DNA from: Gammaproteobacteria bacterium
GTDB lineage: Bacteria; Pseudomonadota; Gammaproteobacteria; GCA-001735895
Reading direction: 5' to 3'
DNA: 64,000 bases
Assembly: GCA_029862125.1 (NCBI GenBank)
Contig: JAOTXY010000011.1
Location: forward strand, 572 to 64,571
Shown: positions 54,310 through 64,000 of the stretch, one piece after another
How positions within the stretch are numbered: position 1 is the stretch's first letter
Layout: each line of letters opens with the position of its first letter
Program-made: the position numbers and the translations under genes
Notes under the pieces: model-generated
What the model saw: the letters and a program-made list of their open reading frames with translations, nothing else
Told to the model about the DNA's origin: nothing
Databases searched by the model: none

Positions 54310-55830
54310 ATGAGCCGCAGAAGAGCCCGTAAACGAAGTGCCACGCCGGATCAGGTGGTCAAACCAAAGGCCGAGCAACTCTTTAATCCCTATCAGCCGA
54401 TCGAAGCGCTCGATCAAACGGCGCTCGATCTGATCCATGATGGATCCATGCGTATCCTCGAAGAAATCGGGCTCGAGGTCTTAAATGAATCCGCGCTCGC
54501 GCTCTACGAACAGGATGGCGCCCGAGTTGACTGGGATTTGCAGCGCGTATACATCGATCGCGAGCGACTGATGCAACGACTTGCCACGGTGCCTTCGGAG
54601 TTTACCCTGCACGCGCGCAATCCCGGGCGATCCCGCCTGGTCGGCAGAAACGCGGTGAATTTCACCACCGTCGCCAGCGCGCCCAACAGTTCCGATCTCG
54701 AAGGAGGGCGCCGCACCGGCAACTTCGAGGATTACTGTAATTTTCTGCGCCTCGGGCACAGTTATGACGTGATCGACTTTTTTAGCGGTTACCCGGTCGA
54801 ACCGATCGATATCCATCCCGAAACCCGCCACCTCGACGCGACACTGGCGGCGCTGACCCTGGCAGATCGTTCATTTTCGCTGTACTGCCTCGGGGGCGGG
54901 CGTGTCAACGATGGCATCGAGATGACCGCAATTGCGCGTGGAGTCGACCGCGAAACGATGAAATCCGAGCCCAGCATTATCACCGTCGTCAATACCAATT
55001 CTCCATTACGGGTTGATGGTCCCATGCTCGATGGCTTGATAGAAATGGCCGAGAATGGGCAGCCAACGATCGTGACACCATTTACGTTGTCCGGCGCCAT
55101 GTGTCCGATTACGATCGCGGGTGCGCTGGCGCAACAAAATGCCGAAGCGCTTGGCGTAATCGCGTTGTCACAAATCGTTAAACCCGGTGCGCCAATGGTC
55201 TATGGTGGCTTTACCTCAAATGCCGACATGCGCAGCGGTGCACCGGCATTCGGTACCCCGGAATACACCCGCGCCGCTTGGGCGAGCGGTCAGCTGGCAC
55301 GACGCTACAACCTGCCATTTCGTTCGTCCAATACCAATGCCTCGAATTGTGTCGATGCCCAGGCAGCCTGGGAGTCTCAAATGTCGCTCTGGGGCGCGGT
55401 CATGGGGCAGGCCCAGATTATCAAGCATGCCGCGGGATGGCTCGAAGGCGGGCTGTGTGCGTCGTTCGAGAAATTTATTATCGATATCGATATGCTGCAA
55501 ATGATGGCCGAGACCCTGAAACCGCTGCAGGTTGACGAGTCGAGTCTGGCGTTGGAAGCCATTACCGAGGCCGGGCATGGGGGGCATTTTTTCGGAACTT
55601 CCCATACCATCGCGAATTACACCACCGCTTTTTACGAGCCGATTGTGTCGGACTGGAGCAACTTCGAGACCTGGGTTGAAAACGGTGAGCAAACCGCCTT
55701 TCAGCGCGCCAACAAGGTGTATCGCCAGGCCCTGAAAGATTACCAGGAACCCGAAATAGACGCTGCGATTCGTGAGTCGCTGGAACAGTATGCAAGTGAG
55801 CGACGACGCGAACTGGAGCTCGCGCGATGA
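54310..55830 (+). CDS. trimethylamine methyltransferase (MttB) family, non-pyrrolysine
   Basis: GYPVEPIDI, NTNSPL..DGPM, TPFTLSGAMCP, PAFGTPE, DAQAAWES, HAAGWLEGGL; ATG 54310 with CAGGAG RBS. Confidence 0.93.
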   Translation: MSRRRARKRSATPDQVVKPKAEQLFNPYQPIEALDQTALDLIHDGSMRILEEIGLEVLNESALALYEQDGARVDWDLQRVYIDRERLMQRLATVPSEFTLHARNPGRSRLVGRNAVNFTTVASAPNSSDLEGGRRTGNFEDYCNFLRLGHSYDVIDFFSGYPVEPIDIHPETRHLDATLAALTLADRSFSLYCLGGGRVNDGIEMTAIARGVDRETMKSEPSIITVVNTNSPLRVDGPMLDGLIEMAENGQPTIVTPFTLSGAMCPITIAGALAQQNAEALGVIALSQIVKPGAPMVYGGFTSNADMRSGAPAFGTPEYTRAAWASGQLARRYNLPFRSSNTNASNCVDAQAAWESQMSLWGAVMGQAQIIKHAAGWLEGGLCASFEKFIIDIDMLQMMAETLKPLQVDESSLALEAITEAGHGGHFFGTSHTIANYTTAFYEPIVSDWSNFETWVENGEQTAFQRANKVYRQALKDYQEPEIDAAIRESLEQYASERRRELELAR

Positions 55831-55914
55831 CCCGGGGTATTGCGGCTAAATTTCGTGATGTAATTAGTAGCGGCTGCGCGACTTCGCTCGCGCTTCAACA
55901 TTAGGGTTATTGTC

Positions 55915-58332
55915 ATGCGCTCACATGCACAGGTTGTTGTCATTGGCGGCGGTGTCGTCGGTTGCAGCGTTATCTACCATTTAACCAGGTTCGGCTGGAA
56001 AGATGTCGTCCTGATCGAACGTTCCGAGCTGACCTCGGGCTCTACCTGGCATGCGGCGGGTGGATTTCACACCTTGAATGCCGATACCAACATGGCTGCC
56101 TTGCAGGGATACACGATTCGCCTCTATCGTGAACTCGAGGAGATTACCGGTCAATCCTGCAGTTTGCACCATGTCGGCGGCCTTACCTTGGCTGAATCCC
56201 CGGAACGTCTCGACTTTCTCAAATCCGCTCGCGCAATGCATCGGCACATGGGTCTCGATACCGAGCTGGTAACACCTGAAGAGATTCGCAAGCTTAGCCC
56301 TATTACCAATACCGATGGTGTACTCGGAGCGCTTTATGATCCTTTGGATGGGCACCTCGACCCTTCGGGAACCACCCATGCCTACGCCAGGGCGGCGCAG
56401 ATGCAGGGGGCCGAAATCATCCTGCGCAACCCCGTGCTCGAGACTAACCCGCGTGCCGACGGTAACTGGGAAGTGGTCACCGAGCAGGGCACGATCGTGG
56501 CCGAGCAGTTGGTCAATGCAGCCGGTCTGTGGGCGCGCGAAGTCGCTGCAATGGCCGGCGTTTACCTGCCGCTGCATCCAATGGAGCACCAGTATTTTGC
56601 GACCGACGATATTGCCGAAGTGTTTGAACGCGATGCCGAATTACCGCACGTGATGGACCCTGAAGGGGAGAGCTACCTGCGCCAGGAAGGGAAGGGGCTG
56701 GTGATCGGTTTTTACGAGCAGAATTGCGTTCCGTGGGCAGTAGACGGTACGCGCTGGGATTTCGGTCACGAGTTATTGAGCGAAAACCTGGATCGTATCG
56801 GCGATTCGATGGAATTTGCTTTCAAACGCTACCCGGTGTTAGCCGAGGCCGGCATCAAGACCATCATCAACGGTCCGTTTACTTTTGCGCCGGATGGTAA
56901 TCCGCTGGTGGGCCCGGTACCGGGTTTACGCAACTACTGGTCCGCCTGCGCGGTCATGGCGGGTTTCAGCCAGGGCGGCGGGGTCGGCTTGACGCTCGCC
57001 GAATGGATGATCGAGGGCGAGCCTTCGCGCGATGTGTTTGCGATGGATGTGGCGCGGTTTGGTGATTACTGCAATCCTTCGTATACCCGCTTAAAGGTTA
57101 CCGAGAATTATCAACGCCGCTTTACCGTGTCGTATCCGAACGAAGAACTACCTGCTGCAAGACCGCTCGACACCACGCCGGCCTACGGTATCTGGCAACA
57201 GCAAAACGCGGTGTTTGGATCGGCTTACGGCATGGAGCACGTCAACTATTTTGCCCCGGCAGGGGAGGATCCTTACGAAGTACCCAGCTTACGGCGTTCT
57301 AACGCCTTTGACACCGTGGCAGAGGAATGTCGAGCGGTGCGCGAAGGGGTTGGTATTAACGAAGTCCATAATTTCGGCAAGTACGAAGTTAGCGGTCCGG
57401 GTGCGCACCAATACCTCGATATCATAATGGCCGGTAAGATCCCGGCCCCCGGTCGTATCAGCCTGAACCCGATGCTGAGCCCGGGCGGTAAGATAATCGG
57501 TGATTTCACAGTAGGCCGTCTGCGTGACGACGTGTTCCAGGTAACCGCATCATTTGGCGCACAGGCTTACCATATGCGCTGGTTTGAGCAGCATCTGCCG
57601 CAAAACGGTGTTAATTTGAAAAATATTTCCAAGGAGCGTATCGGCTTCCAGATTGCAGGTCCAAAGGCACAGGAGTTACTGAGTCGTGTAACCCGTGCCG
57701 ACGTATCGACGGCTGCGTTGCCATTTCTTTCTATACGAGAAATCGATGTCGGCCAGTGCCAGGCGATCGTACAACGCGTTAGTTACACCGGGGATCGTGG
57801 CTACGAACTCTATGTGCCATCACACCAGCAGGTAGCGTTGTATGAAATATTGATGGAGGCGGGCGCCGATCTCGGTCTGCGCCCTTTTGGTATGCGAGCG
57901 ATGATGAGCCTGCGACTGGACAAGTCATTCGGTTCATGGATGCGAGAATTCAAGCCTGACTATACTCCGCTGGAAACAGGTCTCGATCGTTTCGTCGATT
58001 ACGACAAGGACACTGAATTTATCGGTAAGGCCGCCGTGAGCGCCGAGCGTGAAAAGGGAGCAACGCGTAAATTGTGTACTTTCGTGGTCGACGCAAAAGA
58101 TGCCGATACGGTCGCCTGGGAGCCAATCTGGCATGACGGCGAGGTGGTTGGCTATGTGACGTCGGGCGGTTACTCGCATCATGCGCAAAAAAGCATCGCG
58201 TTCGGATTTTTACCAGTGGCACTGGTTGAAGAGGGTCGAGAGGTCGAAATTGAAATTCTCGGCGAAATGATTCCGGCCAGGCTTTATTCAGCTCCTTTGT
58301 TCGACCCAAAAAACGAATACCTGCGCGGGTAG
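55915..58332 (+). CDS. dimethylglycine dehydrogenase-like FAD oxidoreductase with GcvT domain
   Basis: IGGGVVG, SGSTWHAAG, NGPFTFAPDG, SYTGDRGYE, SLRLDK, VTSGGYSH. Confidence 0.92.
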   Translation: MRSHAQVVVIGGGVVGCSVIYHLTRFGWKDVVLIERSELTSGSTWHAAGGFHTLNADTNMAALQGYTIRLYRELEEITGQSCSLHHVGGLTLAESPERLDFLKSARAMHRHMGLDTELVTPEEIRKLSPITNTDGVLGALYDPLDGHLDPSGTTHAYARAAQMQGAEIILRNPVLETNPRADGNWEVVTEQGTIVAEQLVNAAGLWAREVAAMAGVYLPLHPMEHQYFATDDIAEVFERDAELPHVMDPEGESYLRQEGKGLVIGFYEQNCVPWAVDGTRWDFGHELLSENLDRIGDSMEFAFKRYPVLAEAGIKTIINGPFTFAPDGNPLVGPVPGLRNYWSACAVMAGFSQGGGVGLTLAEWMIEGEPSRDVFAMDVARFGDYCNPSYTRLKVTENYQRRFTVSYPNEELPAARPLDTTPAYGIWQQQNAVFGSAYGMEHVNYFAPAGEDPYEVPSLRRSNAFDTVAEECRAVREGVGINEVHNFGKYEVSGPGAHQYLDIIMAGKIPAPGRISLNPMLSPGGKIIGDFTVGRLRDDVFQVTASFGAQAYHMRWFEQHLPQNGVNLKNISKERIGFQIAGPKAQELLSRVTRADVSTAALPFLSIREIDVGQCQAIVQRVSYTGDRGYELYVPSHQQVALYEILMEAGADLGLRPFGMRAMMSLRLDKSFGSWMREFKPDYTPLETGLDRFVDYDKDTEFIGKAAVSAEREKGATRKLCTFVVDAKDADTVAWEPIWHDGEVVGYVTSGGYSHHAQKSIAFGFLPVALVEEGREVEIEILGEMIPARLYSAPLFDPKNEYLRG

Positions 58333-58384
58333 GTCATTTAATAACCGAGAGCGGGCGGTTTATAGTATTTGTGATATATTTGCA

Positions 58385-58412
58385 ACTTTACATAATATAC
58401 ATTATGCGCAGT
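58385..58412 (-). other. dif: chromosomal dif site (XerC/XerD recombination site)
   Basis: Minus strand ACTGCGCATAA-TGTATA-TTATGTAAAGT versus E. coli GGTGCGCATAA-TGTATA-TTATGTTAAAT; intergenic; KOPS polarity flips around it. Confidence 0.9.
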
Positions 58413-58551
58413 CATAAAGTTATATACAGATGGGCACTGAATGGGTGATCTGGGCACCTGCAGCTTAATGTTTCGATTTACAAGGTTAAATCATGGTTTA
58501 TGATTCTCAACTTAAGATATAGACTACCCATTCGCCAAGCCGAGATAACAA

Positions 58552-59859
58552 ATGGCAGCTACCAACAAGAAATATTCAAAACCCGTTTACTTGATCGATG
58601 GTAATCGCACACCGTTCCTGAAAGCACGCGGAAGACCGGGACCATTCAAGCACGCGGACCTCGGTATTTATGCCGCCAGGTCACTACTACTTCGAATGCC
58701 GTTTGCCGCGACCGAGTTCGACGAGGTGATATTCGGTTCCACCATGCCGGGCCCTGACGAAGCCAACATTGCACGTATCGTAGCGCTTCGACTCGGATGT
58801 GGTGACCAGGTCCCGGCTTACACGGTGCACCGAAATTGTGCATCGGGTATGCAGGCGCTCGATAATGCTGCAATGTCGATCGCCTCGGGACGCTCTAACC
58901 TGGTTCTGGCCGGTGGCATCGAGGCGATGAGCCAGGCGCCGCTGTTGTTTCACCCGAAAATGGTGAACTGGCTGGCCGACTGGTGGGGAGCAAAATCGAT
59001 CGGTCAGAAATTCAAGGTTCTGGGCGGGTTCAGTCCACGCCTGTTAGCGCCGGTTATTGCGCTGTTGAAAGGTTTAACCGATCCGGTCGTCGGCCTTAAC
59101 ATGGGTCAGACTGCCGAACAGATCGCCTATCGCTTCGGTATTACGCGCGACCAGATGGATCAATTTGCGCTGGAAAGTCATTTGAAACTGCACCAGGCCC
59201 AGCAGGATAATGAATTACCCGAAGTAGTACCTGTTTTCGACTCCCGTGGCAAAGTTTACGATCTTGACGATGGTGTAAGACCTGATTCAACCCTGGAAAA
59301 GCTCGGTAAATTGCGCCCTGCTTTCGATAAACCCTATGGACTTGTGACCCCGGGTAACAGCGCACAGATTACCGATGGCGCCGCGGCACTGGTGATGGCC
59401 AGTGAAGCCGCGGTTAAAAAGTACGATTTACCGATTCTCGCCAGGCTGGTCAGTACCGAGTGGGCCGCGCTTAGTCCCGCAGAAATGGGCCTGGGACCGG
59501 CGCACGCGATTGCCCCGTTATTGAAATCACAGCGCCTCAAGGTTGGCGATATCGATTACTGGGAAATTAACGAGGCTTTTGCGGCCCAGGTGCTTGCAGT
59601 GCTGGCCGCCCTGAATGACAAGGATTACTGCAAACAACAGCTGGGTCTGCGTTCTGCGGTCGGTGAAATTCCGCTGGAGCGCCTCAATATTCACGGTGGC
59701 GGCGTTAGTCTCGGACATCCGGTTGGCGCCAGCGGTGCCCGTATCGTGCTACACCTGGCAAAAGTGCTGCAACAGAAAAATGCGAGCACCGGCGTTGCGT
59801 CCTTATGCATCGGTGGCGGTCAGGGCGGCGCGATGCTGATCGAAAGGAGTACGTCATGA
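58552..59859 (+). CDS. acetyl-CoA acyltransferase (thiolase, FadI-like)
   Basis: RTPFLKA, NCASG, NEAFAAQV, GHPVGASG, LCIGGGQG. Confidence 0.93.
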   Translation: MAATNKKYSKPVYLIDGNRTPFLKARGRPGPFKHADLGIYAARSLLLRMPFAATEFDEVIFGSTMPGPDEANIARIVALRLGCGDQVPAYTVHRNCASGMQALDNAAMSIASGRSNLVLAGGIEAMSQAPLLFHPKMVNWLADWWGAKSIGQKFKVLGGFSPRLLAPVIALLKGLTDPVVGLNMGQTAEQIAYRFGITRDQMDQFALESHLKLHQAQQDNELPEVVPVFDSRGKVYDLDDGVRPDSTLEKLGKLRPAFDKPYGLVTPGNSAQITDGAAALVMASEAAVKKYDLPILARLVSTEWAALSPAEMGLGPAHAIAPLLKSQRLKVGDIDYWEINEAFAAQVLAVLAALNDKDYCKQQLGLRSAVGEIPLERLNIHGGGVSLGHPVGASGARIVLHLAKVLQQKNASTGVASLCIGGGQGGAMLIERSTS

Positions 59860-61886
59860 GTGAAACCATAGTCGATTGGCAAAGCCACAGCGATGACGAT
59901 GGAATCCTTTGGTTGACCCTCGATAAACAAGATACCGATACCAATGTACTTTCGATATCGGTACTGGAACAACTGGATAGCCTGCTCGACGAAATCAACA
60001 ATAACCCGCCCACGGCAATAATCTTTCGCTCGGGTAAAGCAAAGGGTTTTATCGCGGGTGCGGATATCAACGAGTTTCTCGAGGTTACTTCCACGCAGGA
60101 AGCCCTGATCATGATAAAGCGCGGGCAGACCCTGTTTAGTCGAATCGAGTCACTGCCCTGCCCGACCGTCGCCCTGATCGAGGGTTTTTGCATGGGCGGG
60201 GGCACAGAACTTGCGCTCGCCTGCGATTACCGCGTTGCACTCGATGACGCGGGAACACGCATCGGTCTACCCGAGGTAAAACTCGGCATTCATCCGGCTT
60301 ATGGCGGTCTTGTGCGTGCCACTTCGATGATTAATCCTCTGCAATCGTTAGAAATTATGCTTTCGGGGCGGGCATTGACTGCGTCGGCGGCGCGTGCCAT
60401 TGGGCTGGTCGATAAGGCACAGCCAAAACGCCAGATTGAACGCGCGGCGCGCAACGTCGCGTTGGCCCCACCAGATCGGCAGAGCATGCCGTTCATTGGC
60501 AAAGTCCTGTCTTTACCCGGTATTCGCAACTTGCTGGCCGGATACATGAAAAAGCAGGTGGCGAAAAAAGCACCTCGACAACACTACCCGGCGCCATATG
60601 CGATTCTCGATGTCTGGGCCAGTTTTTACGGCAACGACAAGCGCATGATGGAAGAAGAAGCCAATTCGGTTGCACGTCTGATCCAGGGCAGCAAAGTGCG
60701 CAGTTTAATCCGTGTGTTCTTCCTGCAAACGCGGCTAAAGGGACTAGGTGACAAAAAGGCATTCAACCCGAGTCATGTGCATATCATTGGCGCTGGCACC
60801 ATGGGCGGGGATATCGCGGCCTGGTGTGCATTGCGTGGTTTCAATGTGACCTTGCAGGACCGGGAAGCCAAGTATTTAAGCAATGCCTTCAAGCGCGCCC
60901 ACCAGCTGTTCGGCAAGCGTCTGAAAACAACCCGGGAGCGCAATGCCGCGCTGGATCGTTTGATTCCAGACATCGATGGTGACGGCGTCACCAGGGCCGA
61001 TGTCGTAATCGAGGCTATTTTTGAGGATATCGATGCCAAGCACGCAATATACAAGGACATCGAACCGCGCATGAAGCCCGGTGCAGTGCTCGCAACCAAC
61101 ACCTCGAGCATTCCGCTGGAAACACTGGCGACTGTGCTGAAAGAACCTGATCGCCTGGTCGGCATTCATTTTTTCAACCCGGTTGCAATGATGCCGCTGG
61201 TGGAGATCGTCCGGACCGCCTCGTCCTCGGAGGAAACCGTGCAACAGGCGATTGCATTTACGCAGCACATCGGCAAATTACCCTTGCCGGTCAAGAGTTC
61301 TCCCGGATTCCTGGTTAACCGCATCCTGATGCCTTACCTGGTTGAAGCGTTTACGCTTTACGACGAAGGTGTCGCGCCGGAGGCGATCGACAAGGCGGCA
61401 ACCGATTTTGGCATGCCGATGGGACCGGTTGAGCTTGCCGATACCGTGGGTCTCGATATCTGTCAGTCGGTAGCGCAGAATTTATCCGCGGCTTATGGCA
61501 TTGGGTTGCCCGAGGCCCTGAACAGGTTCGTCAATTCAAAGCAGCTCGGCAAGAAATCCGGGCGTGGGTTTTATAACTACGACAAGGGTAAGCCGGTTAA
61601 AGATAAAGATGCCGATCTCGGAGATCAGAAAATGATCCAGAACCGGCTTGTATTCCGTTTGCTCAACGAGGCTGCGGCCTGTCTTAAGGAAGGTATCGTG
61701 ACAGACAAAGACCTGTTGGATGCCGGCATAATATTCGGTACCGGATTTGCACCTTTTCGTGGCGGACCGATGCATCATAGCCTGCAGGAAGGAGTCGAAT
61801 CACTGGTCGCCGCGATGTCTGATTACGAGACGAAATTCGGTGAACGTTTTCATCCAGCCGAGGGCTGGTCGCTAGTGACTGAATAA
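59856..61886 (+). CDS. fadJ: fatty acid oxidation complex alpha subunit (enoyl-CoA hydratase/3-hydroxyacyl-CoA dehydrogenase)
   Basis: FIAGADI, GGGTELALAC, GLPEVKLG, GAGTMGG, TNTSSI, HFFNP, PGFLVNR; ATG at 59856 overlaps the thiolase stop. Confidence 0.88.
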   Translation: MSETIVDWQSHSDDDGILWLTLDKQDTDTNVLSISVLEQLDSLLDEINNNPPTAIIFRSGKAKGFIAGADINEFLEVTSTQEALIMIKRGQTLFSRIESLPCPTVALIEGFCMGGGTELALACDYRVALDDAGTRIGLPEVKLGIHPAYGGLVRATSMINPLQSLEIMLSGRALTASAARAIGLVDKAQPKRQIERAARNVALAPPDRQSMPFIGKVLSLPGIRNLLAGYMKKQVAKKAPRQHYPAPYAILDVWASFYGNDKRMMEEEANSVARLIQGSKVRSLIRVFFLQTRLKGLGDKKAFNPSHVHIIGAGTMGGDIAAWCALRGFNVTLQDREAKYLSNAFKRAHQLFGKRLKTTRERNAALDRLIPDIDGDGVTRADVVIEAIFEDIDAKHAIYKDIEPRMKPGAVLATNTSSIPLETLATVLKEPDRLVGIHFFNPVAMMPLVEIVRTASSSEETVQQAIAFTQHIGKLPLPVKSSPGFLVNRILMPYLVEAFTLYDEGVAPEAIDKAATDFGMPMGPVELADTVGLDICQSVAQNLSAAYGIGLPEALNRFVNSKQLGKKSGRGFYNYDKGKPVKDKDADLGDQKMIQNRLVFRLLNEAAACLKEGIVTDKDLLDAGIIFGTGFAPFRGGPMHHSLQEGVESLVAAMSDYETKFGERFHPAEGWSLVTE

Positions 61887-61899
61887 GCTAGCGAGCGGA

Positions 61900-63609
61900 T
61901 CAGGAACGTTGCGGATACAAATTCGGCAACGAGTCCTCCCGGGTACCGGTTTCAACTGTCAATTGCCGATGCTCGGCAGCAACCAGTCGCCACAATGCTC
62001 GCCCCTGCCAGGTTTCACTGTGATCCGCATATAATGCTTTGTCGAGACGACGAAGTTCCCCGGCAAGCTCACTGGATCTTGTTCTGATCCTGATCTCATA
62101 TAGACCATTGATGTTATCGCACGGCCAACGCGCCCTGCCCCATGTTATTAGTTCCCGGCAGGCCAGTACGGGATTATTAGATAGGCAGGCCTGTTTTAAC
62201 AATTGACGGTGGCGGCGACTCTTCAGCATGGTTGCAATTGATTCACTCATGCGAACGCGCACTGACCTGAGGCACATCAACAGGCCAGGGATCAGCAATA
62301 TTGCACCGATCCCCGCGTACCACGACCAGTTACCGTGAGCCAGGGTGATGGCCGACCCTGGTGATCCTGTGCCAGACCAGCTTGTCGCTTTACCTGCCGT
62401 CTCTAAGCCGTCTTCGCCAGTTTCCGGCGCGGACGCAGTCCAGCTTTTTCCGGCGAGAGCAGCCATTCTTTCGACCTCTTGTTCGACGTCCCACCATTTC
62501 AGGTTAATCGCAGGTATTTGGATTTCACCTGGCTCTGTAACAACAATCACGAAGCGTTGCTCCAGGCGCCCTGTTAACTCTCGGCCCTCAAACTGGTTTG
62601 AGCGTGTTTCCTGATCGGCGTAAACCCTGAACTTACCAGAATTTGTCGATAACAGGCCCGCGGGCAGAGCTTCTGCAGGTAGCCCTTTAGCCTCGATGCC
62701 GAGGGTCAGTCCGAGCGAATCACCAACCTGCAATTCATTGGTAATCTCATCCCAGTGTTGCTCAAGTTCGATCTCTTGGGCAGGCAGCCAGGTACTACCG
62801 CTGAATTCAGATGGTGGTTTGCGGACCTGCAGCAGCAGGGTTTTGCTGGACCGATTGATGCGTCTCGATTTCGCAGTGGATCCTGCGACTGAGCTGGCCG
62901 ATGCGGATTGTATGAGCCCACGATAATTAACCGGTGGAATCCTGATCTGACCGGGTGATCGAGCAACGATTGAAAGGTTTCGCTCCAGCACCTGGAATTC
63001 CTGGCCTTCGCGAAAAATTGAGTACCTGGACTCCAGGCCGTGACTAAAGGTATCTGTATTATCGACTGCTGGTTCAATCAAATCGCCGTCAAACAGGGGA
63101 ACGTTGTGAATGACACGTATCACGATTTGTGTTTGCTGGCCGACGTAAGGCCTTTCAGGTTCAGCCTCTAGTTCGACCCGTACGTTATTGGCTGAATTCA
63201 GCTCGGCCGATTGTGGGATGACTTCAAGCATTAAAACCGGCGTGAAAACTTCACCAACCTGCAGAGGTGGAATTCTGAGCTTACCGGGGCTACGCGGAAG
63301 TATCTCGATTTGCCACCGCATTCGATGGAATGCCTTGTTTGACTCGAACTTACGCGAAACACTGGACTTGATATCCAGAATCTCGAAGTCTGCTTCAAGT
63401 ACCGATGTATCCAGTGCATAAAGAGATGGAATCCGGTTGTCAAACTCAATTATTAACTCGGCAATATCACCCGAAAATATTTGTTTCGATTGCAGGTAGG
63501 CCGTTTGCGCATAGCTGAGGGATTGCAGCTGGATAAGCAGGATGACACAAAAAAGAAATGGAATTCGAAACACCAAATTATCTCGCCTGTCGTTTCTGTC
63601 GTTGTGCAT
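61900..63609 (-). CDS. batD: BatD family protein
   Basis: Signal-like N-terminus, YVGQQ, WLPAQEIELEQ.W, VGDSL, VYADQ, I.LKWWD, C-terminal LPNLYP; start uncertain (63609, 63576 or 63573). Confidence 0.85.
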   Translation of the reverse strand: MHNDRNDRRDNLVFRIPFLFCVILLIQLQSLSYAQTAYLQSKQIFSGDIAELIIEFDNRIPSLYALDTSVLEADFEILDIKSSVSRKFESNKAFHRMRWQIEILPRSPGKLRIPPLQVGEVFTPVLMLEVIPQSAELNSANNVRVELEAEPERPYVGQQTQIVIRVIHNVPLFDGDLIEPAVDNTDTFSHGLESRYSIFREGQEFQVLERNLSIVARSPGQIRIPPVNYRGLIQSASASSVAGSTAKSRRINRSSKTLLLQVRKPPSEFSGSTWLPAQEIELEQHWDEITNELQVGDSLGLTLGIEAKGLPAEALPAGLLSTNSGKFRVYADQETRSNQFEGRELTGRLEQRFVIVVTEPGEIQIPAINLKWWDVEQEVERMAALAGKSWTASAPETGEDGLETAGKATSWSGTGSPGSAITLAHGNWSWYAGIGAILLIPGLLMCLRSVRVRMSESIATMLKSRRHRQLLKQACLSNNPVLACRELITWGRARWPCDNINGLYEIRIRTRSSELAGELRRLDKALYADHSETWQGRALWRLVAAEHRQLTVETGTREDSLPNLYPQRS

Positions 63610-64000
63610 CCCGCAAAAACTTGCGCCGGAACAAGTCGGTCGAGGTTTCGGGCAAGCTTCTGATCCAGCGTTCGATAAACTCGGGATCCAGCGACTGTTC
63701 ACCAGTTTGAGCTGGTAACACAAAACGCTGTTGCGCTTCCTCCTGGCCATCAAAACGCTCAAATGGATCTACCTGGCCTCCCGGTTGCATCGAAGCGCCC
63801 AAACCGGGTCCCAATTCAGGATCATCTCCCGGATTCGTTGATGTTTCCGCAACCCCGATGCGCATCTCGGTGTCGCCTTGATTCTGATATTCATTGGAGG
63901 ATTCGGCTTCGTCAGAATCGCCGAATTGATTCCCATTGGTCTCAGATTGTTGTTCCAGGTATATCCCGACGAGGCGTTTGTTATACCTGGCGGGTTCAAG
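63578..64000 (-). CDS. C-terminal part of a BatB/BatC-type TPR protein; 5'-partial
   Basis: Frame open from the window end (LEPARYNKRLV...), low-complexity Q/E tail, and ERWIRSLPETSTDLFRRKF resembling the family's EQWLRRIPDDP...LLRRKF end. Confidence 0.8.
   Translation of the reverse strand, partial: LEPARYNKRLVGIYLEQQSETNGNQFGDSDEAESSNEYQNQGDTEMRIGVAETSTNPGDDPELGPGLGASMQPGGQVDPFERFDGQEEAQQRFVLPAQTGEQSLDPEFIERWIRSLPETSTDLFRRKFLRDAQRQKRQAR

Noticed and set aside
54310-55830. Pyrrolysine read-through in MttB
   Set aside because: No in-frame TAG; Ser occupies the position; no pyl genes in the window.
55876-55893. GCGCGA-CTTCGC-TCGCGC hairpin as a terminator between mttB and the dehydrogenase
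   Set aside because: Only a 6-bp stem with no U-tract.

Overview
A 64-kb chromosomal segment of a GC-moderate proteobacterium. The gene content (ftsK-lolA-rarA, iscRSU, mrcB, roxA-purB, bat operon) is gammaproteobacterial-like, with several alphaproteobacterial-type metabolic genes. It is mostly housekeeping: maeB-mcl-mtkAB, trxB/aat, ftsK-lolA-rarA-dsbC, an sdhCDAB operon flanked by two assembly factors, iscRSU-cysG, a rubrerythrin/Fe-S oxidoreductase/DUF3501 operon, DAHP synthase, PBP1B, YoaA, cysK and purB. A heterogeneous accessory patch follows (about 43.5-58.3 kb), then beta-oxidation genes and the tail of a bat operon. Main observations not in the ORF track: (1) a 28-bp dif site at 58385-58412, with KOPS octamers switching polarity around it, which suggests the window contains the replication terminus; (2) a 273-bp, highly structured MITE-like element at 36081-36353 with 35-bp terminal inverted repeats and CTAG ends; (3) a 53-aa DUF1674/SDHAF4-like gene heading the sdh operon; (4) candidate IscR, FNR and OxyR sites. 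Candidate undescribed systems are an orphan TAXI solute-binding protein paired with a membrane GGDEF-EAL protein, a dockerin-like/LysM/beta-barrel outer-membrane protein, and a signal-less PhnD-fold protein + non-pyrrolysine MttB + dimethylglycine dehydrogenase-like cluster. No rRNA, tRNA, CRISPR array, transposase or integrase was seen. All family assignments come from recalled motifs, not database searches.
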